Shown piece after piece: positions 50,217-63,995 of a DNA stretch of 64,000 nucleotides. The stretch is from assembly GCF_006345805.1 (NCBI RefSeq), contig NC_043007.1, positions 23,870,001 to 23,934,000 of the forward strand. The letters run 5' to 3'. The stretch comes from Octopus sinensis (lineage: Eukaryota). The notes beneath the pieces are model-generated. The model had not been told where the DNA came from. It did no database searches and saw nothing but the letters and a program-made list of their open reading frames with translations. Position 1 is the stretch's first letter. Each line of letters begins with the position of its first letter. A program made the position numbers and the translations under genes.

Positions 50217-50916
50217 TACACAGGATGTTCGGGTTGAATTTAACAATTTTTTTATGTCTTCTTTTTTTCAGGAACAATTTGACGTATTGGTGAACAACCT
50301 ACAGCGTTGAAGAGCATAACGATTAAAGCTGTAGTAATAGATGAGGAAACATTAGCTGACATGGAAGACTGGAAGTCATCTGAATTTTGGAAAAGAGTTA
50401 CCTAATGATTCACACTGAGTATCAAAATGCCGACATCTTGACTACTGTTCAATGCTCTGTGAACGCTGTAAAGGCTGCAAAACGGGACATGGACATTATA
50501 AAAAACCAAGTTCCCCCAAATTGTGATGGTCTTTGGGTGTGCCTCCAGTGAGGGTGACGTCATGCTGCTCCACACCTTTGAGCAGGGTCGTAGGCTCAAT
50601 TCGGACGGCTATGCAAAGCTGCAAGAGAGGGTTGTTGCTGGAAAGAGTCAGAAGTGGTTGTATGAGAATTTCTATGACTTCACCAGCCCCAATTACTGGT
50701 CTCCTAATTTCCCCGATTGTAAACCGAAGGATTAGTATGTGTGGGGCACAGCTGACAAAGACACCAACCGCTCTTCCTACAACACCAAGGCCGAGGTGGT
50801 GACCAATATGAAAGAAGTGTTCGAAGATCTTCCCAGGAACACTGATGAACGCATCCACCAGTTTCCGGAGCCGTCTTGAGGCAGTGGTGGAAGCTGAGGG
50901 CGGCTATTTTGAGTAA
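50217..50916 (+). mobile_element. Internally deleted Tc1/mariner (maT/DD37D-like) element
   Basis: TIR-like CACAGGATGTTCGGGTTGAATTTAACAA; MEDWKSSEFWKR (ATG 50361) ... VMVFGCASSEGDVM ... WSPNFPDC.P.D.YVWG ... RLEAVVEAEGGYFE*. Confidence 0.85.
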
Positions 50917-50977
50917 CCTGTTATCTCCCAGCCTTAATCCAGTTGATTTTCCCCATTTTTAAAAATACTGTAATTTT

Positions 50978-51260
50978 TGTTGTTGTTTGTTTCTTCTCGA
51001 TCCATGCCTGACTCATAAGGGCCGGTTTCCTTGGCGTATAGGTTCCCCACCTGGACGGGACGCCGGCCCGTCGCAAGAGGAAAGAGTGAGAGAAAGTTGT
51101 GGCGAAAGAGTCAGCAGAAGTTCGCCATTACCTTCTGCCGGAGCCGCGTGGAGCTTAGGTGTTTTGCTCATAAACACACACATCGCCCGGTCTGAGATTC
51201 GAACTCGCGATCCCTCGACCGCGAGTCCGCTGCTCTAACCACTAGGCCATGTGCCTCCAC
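50978..51260 (-). mobile_element. SINE family C (tail type 3) with a core deletion
   Basis: Reverse complement of the 41023 copy. Confidence 0.88.
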
Positions 51261-52201
51261 ACTTTCATTTTTGGATGGGATGTATTGTTGTTGTTTTTTC
51301 CTTTTATGCTAACTGTGGAATTAATCCCGAACACCTTGTGGGACAGAGAAGGCAAATGATTAGTACATCGTTTCTAGCTTCGTCTGTGCAAATAAAACCT
51401 TTCACCCGGTCGTTAGCATTCTTGGGACATCGGCACCAATGCTGCACTAACTAATTCACTGTTAGTGTTCGTTGATGGCAAATTATCAAGAACAATACTT
51501 TCTTTCGTGATTCTTTGAGTCTGTCATAAACAGTAACACCACTGGTGTCCAAAAAGTGGCTGTATTCACGAATTTGTTATGCGGATGCAAAAACTTGGAC
51601 ACTGTACAAGTCCACCACAGCTTCCGAATCACAGCTTTCGAATATGCTGTGTAGCATCTGGGCGAATAGCATCTTAGCTCAGTGCAAATGAACGAAGTCG
51701 GAAACATGTTGATGATACGACAGAAATATCAGATGCCACACTCTGAGGGTTGAGCTTTTGATCTATTTCAAGGACATGTTTCTGGGATAATCTGAAGCAC
51801 ATGCGAACTAACATCATGTTTTGAAATTCACTCCTACGAAACCACAACATCTGGAGACGTTTTATGTTTGACTCGAATCACCGAGTTTAAGAAAAAAAAA
51901 ATGACGCTAGAGTATTATTAATGATAAGCCATCATTCAATGGGATCGACTCGTGTATGTGCTTCCAGCCTAACCCTGGTAATATCTAGGGTTGGGCTATA
52001 ATCATACATATACATCGCAATTGGTCGTAACCGTAGACGTTTTATTAGTTTCAACAGTATTATTTCTCGCTTACAACTTGTACAGAAACATCCTACGCTT
52101 CTCCCGCACACCGAAAAAAAAGTCGTTAAGTCGACACACACTCAGAAACTATCGTATACAGTAAAACACACACGCATGCACACGCACACACACACACTCA
52201 T

Positions 52202-52248
<47 letters not shown>

Positions 52249-52939
52249 GATGTTGCATAATTTTGGGCTTCAGTGTCTTCCGGCTCGAAGTTCGAATGAT
52301 ATTTGCATCACATTGAATCACTTGACACAAATACGCACCATAAAGCATAATAAAATTCCAGTCTCCACCCGCATAAAAAATCTTCCGTACAATGACTCGG
52401 GAATCAGCAACCGTCGGAAGGATGGATGGACGGATGGGTGGGTGGTTAAATATGGCACACCTCCATCAATGTACATAAGCGTAAGCCAGTCCTGTGCTTA
52501 ATCATTAGTCGGTCACAAACACCTGTACAAGACGATTACTTCCTGCCTAAAATATCACATACCATTCACTCCACTGTTACAACAGCTGTGACATCATCTG
52601 ACATGTGACATCTGACTAGCTAACAATGGAATCTCTACCTAGAGCAGAGGGATGTGGAAACCCCCGTCAGCTCATTTTATTGCGCCCTGCAGGCTGGTAT
52701 ATCCGTATATACAAAATATAGTAAATTTTTCAGTTATAAAATTTATACAATATTCGTATGCCTATTTGCAGTATAGGTCGCGTTTCCATTACAACTTAAA
52801 ACGGTTAGACTCGAACAGAAAATCGCCCGGTAATTGCCATTTATATGGAAATTTTGTTTTCACTATAAAACACATATTGCTAGGTTTGTACCACCCCCTT
52901 GAAACCCCACTACGCTCTAACTAAAAAATGAAGAATACC

Positions 52940-53336
52940 TCATATATAAAAGTCAAGTTGTGTGTCTGTCTCCTACGATTTAGATTCCTAACTACTCCCA
53001 CATTTTGCGGTGCAGTTTAACCAAAAGCGGGTATCTTATAGTCGTGATTCATATCGAGCCCTTCTGGGTATTAACGAGCGTCTACGATGAGTCTACGATT
53101 TTAAAAATAATTTACCATAATTTTTTTCCATTTTAATGCATTTTTTCGCTATTATATAAGGGAAGTAACTCTCTAAAAATGTCTACGATGAGTCAACGAT
53201 TTAAAAACAAATTTACCATAATTTTTTTTCCATTTTTAATGCATTTGTTTTTGCTATTTTTTGGCTATAACTCTCTAAAAATGCTTATATAGTTATTTCC
53301 CTTACAAACCCGAGCAACGCCGGGCGATACTGCTAG
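52940..53336 (+). mobile_element. Non-autonomous Helitron, same family as 9704-10101
   Basis: 5' TC, hairpin CCCGAGCAACGCCGGG, CTAG|T end. Confidence 0.82.
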
Positions 53337-53580
53337 TAAGTAATATAAACGTCCTAAATTCAGTGTCGGCGTTAATGAAGATGTTATGCGGTAATTTAAT
53401 GTGTTAAACTTATCTTTATTAATGTATGTATGTATGTATGTATGTAAAGTCGGTCCCACGACTTTCAAAACGAATTCATGAACGGCACTTCGTCTTTCGG
53501 AATATTTGCAAGGACTTACTGAGCTTAGGAAGTGATTTTACTTGGTCATGACTTGACTTGACTTCGACAACACACACACA

Positions 53581-54879
53581 CACATGGTGCGATGGGTAAA
53601 TTGTAATTTTATATTTCTAATTTCGCGCATGTGCATTGTTTGTTTTTGATATTGTGGACTTACATTTTGTGGACTATATAGTAGGATCAGTTGATTTTGT
53701 GGATTATACAGTACAGAAGGATCTATGAGAAAAACAGCACCATGACTAAATTCACTCTGTCAGAGATTTGGAAACTACATGCTGTACTGCTTGGCATTCA
53801 CGCCGGAACATTTGAGAATGTTTGGGGGCCAATTGGGACAATGCAATCCGAGGACATGTACCGAGAGTGATGAAAATCAAACATCCAGTCAACATCATGG
53901 AGCTTGGAGTAATCACTCCCAGCCTTAAGTTTGAAGTAATCACTAGTGATGGCGACGTTATGCTTCCATTCATCTTCCCACACGGCCTCAGACTCAACGC
54001 GGAGGCCTTCATCAAGTGCCTGGGGAAGGTAGTGCTGCACTGGGTGAAGACCCTATGTCTGGCAACAGGACTTTGCCTCATACTACACAAGCAGGAGAAT
54101 CCAGTCATAGCTGACAGGCAATTTTTGCGACCATATCACCCCTAACATCTGGTCACCCAACTCGCCAGATTACAGCCACCTTAATTATTATAATCAAGGG
54201 AGACCAACAAAACACCTTGTAACACCAAAGATGAACTGAAGGCAAAAATTATGGCAGCATTCACCAACTTAAATAAGGAAACCGTACAGAAGGATTGCAG
54301 GAAATTCCAAAGTCGTCTGGAGGCCGTGGTTGAAGCCAATGGTGATTTTATTGAATAAATTTACTCTTCAGTATTTCAAGATATTTTTATGTAATTTTGG
54401 TAAATATATCTGTTAAAATGAGATACTTACTTTTTACTTACTTTACTTTTACTTGTTTCAGTCATTTGACTGCGGCCATGCTGGAGCACCGCCTTTAGTC
54501 AAGCGAATCGACCCCGGGACTTATTCTTTGTAAGCCCAGTACTTATTCTATCGGTCTCTTTTTGCCGAACCGCTAAGTGACGGGGACGTAAACACACCAG
54601 CATCGGTTGTCAAGCAATGCTAGGGGGACAAACACAGACACACACACACACACATATATATATACATACATACGACAGGCTTCTTTCAGTTTCCGTCTAC
54701 CAAATCCACTCACAAGGCTTTGGTCGGCCCGAGGCTATAGTAGAAGACATTTGCCCAAGATGCCACGCAGTGGGACTGAACCCGGAACCATGTGGTTGGT
54801 TAGCAAGCTACACAGCCACTCCTGTCAGTGTTATTTTCATTTTTACGTAATTTAGACAATATATTCACCGCATTCTGTA
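53581..54879 (+). mobile_element. Second maT/DD37D-like element (internally deleted, both TIR remnants), interrupted by SINE family B at ~54435-54822 (-)
   Basis: MTKFTLSEIWK (ATG 53742) .. VITSDGDVMLPFIFPHGLRLN .. WSPNSPD .. RLEAVVEANGDFIE* (54358); TIRs at 53581-53605 and 54855-54879. Confidence 0.85.
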
Positions 54880-55260
54880 TATAATGCGGACAGCCACGGT
54901 TGAGATGTCTGGACAACCAGGTCTGACCTAGGGTTCAATATCGTCATCATCATTCGACATCTAATAAATTTACGTCTTCAGCTGCAACGAAAATAATCGC
55001 TGCCCACACAATCACCAAGTACACTGTTTCATAATACAAACCAACTGTTGTACGACACTATAACAATGTCTGTACACACACAACACTTCGCATTGTCCTC
55101 CTCCTCTTTTCCCCACACAACTTCTTTTCTCTTTCTTTCCCCCCTCGTTATTCTTTTCAACCTTTCACTTTTTTTATTCCTCTCTTAAAAGTCATAGCTG
55201 TTGGTTTATCTTTCTCTCTTTTCTTTTCTTCATAAATTTCTCCTATCATCACTTTTCCAG

Positions 55261-55310
55261 AGACACCCCTTTCGCCGCTACACGGCCGTTCTGTTCCCTC
55301 GAAATACTCG
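55261..55310 (+). other. Candidate 50-nt exon
   Basis: Long polypyrimidine tract ending in ttttccag and TCG|gtgaga donor; all three frames open; unique sequence. Confidence 0.3.
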
Positions 55311-56449
55311 GTGAGAATGATGGTGATGATGATGACTGATAGATAAGTGTCGTTGGCATATGAAAGGACACCATGAATGAATGAAAAAAAAACTGGATGA
55401 ACCGAGCTGGAATACCTTTGCTCATAGGTCTGCTCGATCACAACCGACTTGGGCCTACCTACACAACAAATATCGTCCCTCTTTCTGTTTTCAAGTATAT
55501 CTAAATAAAAAATCTTTCACCTTGTGCAGGCCTCCGTCTTCTTCTATCACTCTTTCACCAGTATTGTCTTTTATACCACTTGCCTAACTTTTAAAAATTT
55601 CTCCTCTTCCTACACCTTTGTCGTCTCTTTTCCCTCCCTCTCTAATTATCTATCTATCTATCTCCTCTTCCTCTGTAACTTTGTCATCAGCGCACCTCAT
55701 TCAATATTTCTGTCAAACTAGTTTGTCTTCCTCCCCTTCCTCCCTCTCCCACTCAGTGTCACTTTGTTGCTTTCTCCACTCTTTCCCTCCACTATTCATC
55801 GCTCCGTATTTATCTTTCTTTTGCTTTTTTCCTCCTACCACCGTGTCAGCTCCCACTCCCACCACCATTACTACTACTACTACTACCACTACCACTACCA
55901 CCACTGTTTTGAACTTTTTCTGCCATTAACAAAAACAAACTTTATACTGCTCGTAATGGTATCGAAACCGTCTCTATTTACTCACGGAACCTGTTGTCCA
56001 GACTCCGTTCCACCGACACCAATCCACCAGTTATCATCATCACCATCATTCTCACCGGGTAAGCTGTGAAAGTTTCTTTTATCTTTCGAACTTTTTCTCC
56101 ATATTACGAAGCCTCGTACGTCAAAGCTACAGCCATGTCTACCAAATGATTAGACCAGACGACACATGAAAACCACAATATAATATCGTTATGTCCCCTA
56201 AACTGGTCTTCTCACCCGTCCACAACTTTCTTACACACCAGTTCCACGAGGTTCAGTCAAAATTCATGTGGTTTATCTGTTTTTTTCATGAGTTTCATTC
56301 TGTAGAAAATGTTTCTTTTTTTCCCTTCCGTAACTTTTCTACCACCAACCGCGTGCAGTTCAAACGCTTCCGTCCAAAGAACAACAGCATCGCTCAAAAG
56401 TCCGAGGTGGTAATTTCTTTCTTAGTTTATACACACCTCTCTCTCTCAT

Positions 56450-56455
56450 ATATAT

Positions 56456-56505
<50 letters not shown>

Positions 56506-56830
56506 ATGTTTATATATATAACATGTTTATATATATATACATGTTTATATATATATATATACATGTTTATATATATATATTTATAATAATATACATGTTT
56601 ATATATATATATATACATTTTATATATATAATATTATATATATATACATGTTTATATATATATATATACATGTTTATATATATATATATTTATATATATA
56701 TACATGTTTATATATATATATATACATGTTATATATATATATTTATAATATAATAATATATATATTATTATAATATATAATACATGTTTATATATATAAT
56801 ATATATATATATACACACACACCTATATAT

Positions 56831-56863
<33 letters not shown>

Positions 56864-56950
56864 GATATATATACAACTTTATATATATATATACATACAC
56901 ATATATTTTTATGTATATATATACATACACATATATGTTTATGTATATAT
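56450..56950. repeat. (TA)n with a repeated ACATGTTTATATATAT minisatellite unit
   Basis: Direct inspection. Confidence 0.9.
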
Positions 56951-57319
56951 ATCCACGTGCACATCTATGTGTTTGTCTGTTTATCACTCATTGAACTTTG
57001 GTCATGCTGAGGTACCGCCTTGAATTTGTTGTCGAACAAATCGTCTCAAATGTTTATTTTTAAGTAAGGTACTTATTATGTCCGCCTATTTCGCCATACC
57101 TCTAGATTACGGGGATATAAACAAACCGACGCCGGTTCTCAAGCAATGATCAGCGGCAAACAGACACATACGGGCTTCCACACATTTTCTGGCTCCCAAA
57201 TTCATTCACAAAATGTCTGTTGGCCAAGGCTATTGAAGAAGACACGTGCTCTAGGTGCGGCATATTGTGACTGAAGCTGAAACTATATGGTTGAAAAACG
57301 GGCTTCAAAATCACACACC

Positions 57320-57507
57320 CATATATATATATATATATGTATATATAACTATATATATATGTATGTATGTATGTATATATGTATGTATATATGTATGTAT
57401 GTATATATATATGTATATATATATGTATGTATATATATATATATGTATATATATATGTATATATGTATGTATATATGTATGTATATATATATATGTATAT
57501 ATGTATG

Positions 57508-57597
<90 letters not shown>

Positions 57598-57678
57598 TAT
57601 ATGTATGTATGTATATATGTATGTATGTATGTATATGTATATGTATGTATATGTATGTATGTAATATATGTATGTATG

Positions 57679-57709
<31 letters not shown>

Positions 57710-58270
57710 CATCATCATCATCATCTCATTTAGCGTCCGTTTCCATGCTAGCATGGGTTGACGGTTCTACTGGGGTCTGTGAAGCTGGAAGGCTTCATCA
57801 GGCCCAGTCAGATCTGGCAGTGTTTGTTTCTACACGGCTGGATGCCCTTCCTAACGCCAACCACTCCGTGAGTGTAGTGGGTGCTTTTTACATGCCACCC
57901 GCACTGGTGCCAGACAGAGCTGGCAAACGGCCACGAACAGATGGTGCTTTTTATGTGCCACCGGCACGAGGGCCAGGCGAGGCTGGCAAATATATATATA
58001 TGTATATATGTATATATATGTATATATATATATGTATATATATATGTATATATATGTATGTATGTATATATATGTATGTATATATGTATATGTATGTATG
58101 TATATATGTATATGTATGTATGTATATGTATGTATATATGTATATGTATGTATGTATATATGTATATATATGTATGTATGTATATATGTATGTATGTATA
58201 TGTATGTATGTATATATATGTATGTATATATGTATGTATATATATATATGTATGTATGTATGTATGTATA
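57320..58270. repeat. (TATG)n/(TA)n low-complexity region enclosing a family E element
   Basis: Source of the long YV/CM ORFs in the track. Confidence 0.9.
57710..57990 (-). mobile_element. RTE-related non-autonomous retroposon family E
   Basis: CATCATCAT tail, CCATGCTAGCATGG, GGATGCCCTTCCTAACGCCAAC (RTE leader-like). Confidence 0.75.
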
Positions 58271-58547
58271 TATAATCATTGTTTTATTGTTCACTTTTTC
58301 ATGCTGCATCGGTTGAATGGAGTTTTACCGAGGCAGATTTTCAATAGTTGGATGCCCTTATTGTCACCAACAATTACATGTTTTCTTTTTCCCATGGTCA
58401 GACATGTTTTCATAGAAAATTGGAAATGAATGACACTGCTTGTATGACAGTGATACTCATTTACAGCTGTCACATGATCTAAAGACAAGGAGACACACAC
58501 AGAATTGATATAAACAGCAGTTTGCGCCAATTCACATTAGGGACAAT

Positions 58548-58605
<58 letters not shown>

Positions 58606-58713
58606 TAATATAGGTTATATATGGATTATATATTTACATTTTTTCATTCATACTTTAATTATTTTAAATTATTATTTTTATATTTTAAAATATTGATATT
58701 TTAGATTGGAAGT

Positions 58714-58756
58714 CCACCTGAAGATTGTCGATCAAGACAAGAAACAATTGTAGTGG
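58714..58756 (+). ncRNA. Putative minimal type I hammerhead ribozyme with intact core
   Basis: CCAC-CUGAAGA-UUGUC GAUCAA GACAA-GAA-ACAAUUGU-A-GUGG; predicted cleavage 3' of A58752. Confidence 0.75.
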
Positions 58757-58938
58757 CGGTTTTTTTTGACTATTTATTAAATTTTATGTATTGATTAAGT
58801 CTTTCCTTGTTTGTTTTGCAAAATAGTGGTTTGTGTCTCTAATAATATTTTATAATATTTTACTATAAAATTGGATTTAATCCTAAATCTGATTTTTTTT
58901 CCCTGTAAATTTGGATTTATTCCCTAATATTTATTATT

Positions 58939-58992
<54 letters not shown>

Positions 58993-59045
58993 ATATTATA
59001 TATATTTATATATATATATATATATATATTTTATATATTTATATT

Positions 59046-59077
<32 letters not shown>

Positions 59078-59116
59078 TATATATATATTATATATTTATA
59101 TTATAATATATATATT

Positions 59117-59151
<35 letters not shown>

Positions 59152-59176
59152 ATAATTTATATATATATATATAAGA

Positions 59177-59221
<45 letters not shown>

Positions 59222-59234
59222 ATATATATAAGTG

Positions 59235-59760
59235 AGAATCGAATCAAATCAAATCAAATCAAATCGAACCAAAACAAAATAGATGAACATCAATGGAATT
59301 TGTATCCTTTTGGTACCAGTGCCGGTGGCACATAAGAAAACCATCCGAACGTGATCGTAGCCAGTACCGCAACGACTGGCCTCCGTGCTGAGGGCACATA
59401 ACAAACAACCATCCGAGCGTGGCCGTCCGCCAGCCCCGTCTGGCACCTGTGTCGGTGACACATAATAATACACCATCCGAGCGTGGCCGTCAGCCAGCCT
59501 CGTCTGGCACCTGTGTCGGTGGCACATAAAAACAAAAACCATCCGAGCGTGGCCGTCTGCCAGCCTCGTCTGGCACCTGTGTCGGTGGCACATAAAATCA
59601 CCCACTACACACTCTCGGAGTGGTTGGCGTTAGGAAGGGCATCCAGCTGTAGAAACACTGCCAGATCAGACTGGCCTGGTGCAGCCTTCGGGCTGCCAGA
59701 CCCCAGTTGAACCGTCCAACCCATGCTAGCATGGAAAGCGGACGTTAAACGATGATGATG
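59235..59760 (+). mobile_element. Family E element with ~60-65-bp internal tandem repeats and (GAT)n tail
   Basis: Four to five GCCAG...GGCACATAA..ACCATCCGA units. Confidence 0.8.
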
Positions 59761-60021
59761 ATATATATATTTATATATATATATATATTTATATATTATA
59801 ATTTATATATATATAATATTTATTATATTTATATATATATATATTTAATATATATATATATATATATTTATATTATTTATATATATTATATATATTATAT
59901 ATATTTATATATATATATAATATTATATATATTTATATATATATATATATATTTTATATTATATATATAGATATTTATATATATTTATTTATATATAGAT
60001 ATATATATTTTATATATATAT

Positions 60022-60092
<71 letters not shown>

Positions 60093-60561
60093 ATTTATTA
60101 TATATTATATATATTTATATTATATATTTATATATATATAATTTATATATACATATATATTTATATATATATACATCTATTTATTTATATATATATTTAT
60201 ATATATATACATATATTTTATATATATATATATTTATATATATATATATATCTATTTATATATATATATATCTATTTATATATATATATATATATTTTTA
60301 GATATATATATATATCTATTATATTTATAATATATTATATATATCTATATATTATATATATATATATATCTATTTATAATCTATATATATCTATTATATA
60401 TATTAGATCTATTTATAATATATATATCTATTTATATATATATATATATCTATTATATATATATATATATATCTATATATATTTATATATATATCTATAT
60501 ATATATTTATATATATATATATCTATTTATATATATATATATCTATTTATATATATATATT

Positions 60562-60594
<33 letters not shown>

Positions 60595-60620
60595 ATATAT
60601 TTATATTATATATATATATT

Positions 60621-60651
<31 letters not shown>

Positions 60652-60754
60652 CTATCTATATATCTATATCTATATATATCTCTATATCATATTATATATA
60701 TCTATATATATATATATATCTAATATATATATATATCTATATATCATATATCTA

Positions 60755-60797
<43 letters not shown>

Positions 60798-60926
60798 CTA
60801 ATATATATATATATCTATATATATAGATATCTATATATATCTATATCTATATATATATATATCTATATTATATATATATATATCTATATATATCTATAAT
60901 ATATATATATATATTATATATATAAT

Positions 60927-60968
<42 letters not shown>

Positions 60969-60970
60969 AA
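59760..60970. repeat. ~1.2-kb degenerate (TA)n/(TATC) tract
   Basis: Direct inspection. Confidence 0.95.
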
Positions 60971-62083
60971 CCAGGTATGGCATTAAACAGGCATTTTACT
61001 GCTGATGTTTTACTGCTGATATTTACTGCTGAGTTATAACTAACAAAATCTATACAGACTTATTTTTGTGATTCTTCTGAAATATAACAATATTGGTTTC
61101 AACACTATTGTTTCAGATTAAAATTCTTGCCAAATAAATTTAAATTAAATAAATTAAGTCTTCCACCCAGAACTCAGAACACAAAGAGCCAGGCAAAATA
61201 CCACAATGTATTTGTCCCAAACTGTAACCAATCCACCAATCCACAACCACAGAATGGTAGTTTATTATATTAACCCCTAAAGAATTAAAGGCAAGTTGGG
61301 ACGCACTATTACCACTCATTTAGTGCTATTAGCAGAATTCAAACTGTACAATAATTTGGACCAAACCATACATTTCTCTCTCTATGCCACCAATTTTTTT
61401 ACTGCTGATGTTTTGGATAGACATCAGCTTCATATCAATCTCACCAGTCTAGGAGGACCTGAAAAGGTCAAAACAACGTTGTCCCCCTGACAAGCTTATG
61501 AATTTTATAAATATTTATGAGAAAAGATTTATGATCATTTCTTTACTTTCAGTTTTTTTGTAATGCATATTTTGGTAAAGTTTCCATTTCACTTCTATTG
61601 AATTGAATTTGTGAAACGAAAAATGTTCAAATCTATCATGGTTCCTTATACATAAACATATATATGAAAACAGTAAATGTGGAAGCCACTATTAGTTGCA
61701 CAACTTACTAGAAATAGCAGTCAAATCTTCCTTAAAATAAAGGATACATAAGGTATATTGTCATAAATAAACTATGCCTGAAAGAAAAGGCAAGATATCA
61801 CAGATGTAATTTCATTGATTATAGGTATGATAAATTAGCTGAGACCAATGGCACAACAGTTATGTTACCACAACTATCATAACCACTACAAAACCAGCTT
61901 TTACACCTTTTCTGAGGCAACAAAACTATACTGTTACCTACACTCTTTATGAACACCACCATAGGCAAACAGGAAGGAGCCACTTTGGCAAGAATTGGTA
62001 GGCAAATCTCGGTCAAATGACAAAGAAAATTTCCTAGCATGCCACAGTCTAATGACTGAAACAAGTAAAAGAAAAAGAAATAT

Positions 62084-62118
<35 letters not shown>

Positions 62119-62339
62119 CACACTGTTGTGTCCCCACTATGCAAACCCTATGAAATGAAGGAACATGCACAGAACTTCATGCACTGCATGCAATTCTCTG
62201 AATATGATCGGAAGGATAAAGGTCCAAGTATACAGGGTGCTAGAAAGAAGTTGATAACATTATGTGATGATAACCAGTGGTACCTGCTCTAGATATAGAA
62301 ACAAAGACTGGAATACAATACAAAGAGTTGTTACAAAGC

Positions 62340-62875
62340 AAATAGGATGAACACATGGTATAAACTACAATATCAAGGAGTGATGTTTGTAGAGGCCACA
62401 GCCCATGGAGAACTAGCCCGTAGATTAGGAAAGATCTAAGGAGACCAAACTCAACATTAAGATTGTTGAAAAGCCAGGGAACTCCCATCAGATCACAACT
62501 ATGTAGGACGTACCCCTTTGAGAATACCAAATGCACCAATGATAACTACACAGTATGTAGGATTAGTCCTGGCATTAACTATAGAACTAGAAATGTAGTT
62601 TACAGCATAAGATGCATAGAAGGTGCTTGTAAAGACATGAACATGACATACATAGGAGAGACATCTTGGAGCATGGCAGATAGACTAAATGGACATTTTA
62701 AGACAATATGACAACAAAAACAGTCCTCCATACTCTATCAACATGCCAAGGACAACCGGAGGCAACCTGGATCAACTTGACATCCACATCTTATCCAAGC
62801 ACCCAAAGGACCCAACCCTCAGACAAATACAGGAGTACGTCCTCATAATGAACATCCCCTGTACTAAATAGGCAA
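62340..62875 (+). mobile_element. Penelope-like element C-terminal fragment with GIY-YIG endonuclease, frameshifted
   Basis: MFVEATAHGELARRL..IKIVEKPG..CRTRNVVY-like YRTRNVVYSIRC..YIGETSWSMADRLNGH..KDPTLRQIQE. Confidence 0.88.
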
Positions 62876-63084
62876 TATACAGAGTAGGTAATCATACCCT
62901 TACCAACATTTTATATGTAATATACAGGTAGAATAGTTAGTGGCTGTATGTAGAAAGATAGATAAATAGATAGATAAATGTATGTGTGTGTGTATATGTG
63001 TATATGTATATGCACGTGTATGAAGGCATATGGATATGAAAATAAACAGATAGACATACAGACGGATAGGTACATAGGTTTAAG

Positions 63085-63315
63085 GTGGCGAGCTGCCAGA
63101 AGCGTTAGCATGCCGGGCGAAATACTAAGCAGTATTTCATCTGCCATTACATTCTGAGTTCAAATTTCGCCGAGGTCAACTTTACCTTCCATCTTTCGGG
63201 GTCGATAAATTAAGTACCAGTTACACACTGGAGTCAATGTAATCGACTTAATCCCTTGTCTGTCTTTTTGTTTGTCCCCTCTATGTTTAGCCCCTTGTGG
63301 GCAATAAAGAAATAA
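63085..63315 (+). mobile_element. Full-length SINE family A
   Basis: GGTGGCGAGCTGCCAGAA head through GGCAATAAAGAAATA. Confidence 0.9.
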
Positions 63316-63569
63316 GATAAGTACATAGGTTATATGACACAACAAGCACACATACGCACATACACAAATGAAACTGAAACACATGACCATATACACACAC
63401 ACTTCACACATATGGAGACACTTGTCCACACATATGGAGGTACAGATCCATACATACATACAGACACAGTACATAGTCACAACCCCCTCCCCCCACACAC
63501 ACGCATACTCAGACATGTACACACAAGGAGACAGAGGCACACACCACACACACACACACGTTAAACAAC

Positions 63570-63995
63570 TGCCAGTGCCAAACATGGCTGATGCCAGCGT
63601 CGCCTTCATTGGCTCCCATAACCGTGACACATAAAAGGCACTATCCAAACTTGATTGATGCCAGCCCCCTCTGGCTCCCATGCCAGTGGCACATAAAAGC
63701 ACCATCCAGATATGGTCGATGCCAGCCCCCTCTGGCTCCTGTGCCGGTGGCATATAAAACCACCATCCAAATGTAGTCAATGCCAACCACTTCTAGCCCC
63801 TGTGCCGGTGGCACATAAAATAGCACACACTACACTCTTGGAGTGGTTGGCGTTAAGAAGGGCATCCAGTTGTAGAAACACTGCCAGATCAACTGGAGCC
63901 TGGTGCAGCCTCCTGGCTTCCCTGACCCCAGTTGATCTGTCCAATCCGTGCCAGCATGGAAACAGACGTTAAGCGATGATGATGATGATGATGAC
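63570..63995 (+). mobile_element. Family E element with ~60-bp tandem units
   Basis: Same organisation as 59235-59760. Confidence 0.8.

Noticed and set aside
50272-50405. Strong tttcag acceptor with a TGA-containing frame (exon or selenoprotein candidate)
   Set aside because: Lies between the TIR and the ATG of the maT-like transposon; the peptide end is the transposase N-terminus.
57255-58429. Longest ORFs in the track (up to 302 aa)
   Set aside because: Translations of (TA)n/(TATG)n plus a family E retroposon.
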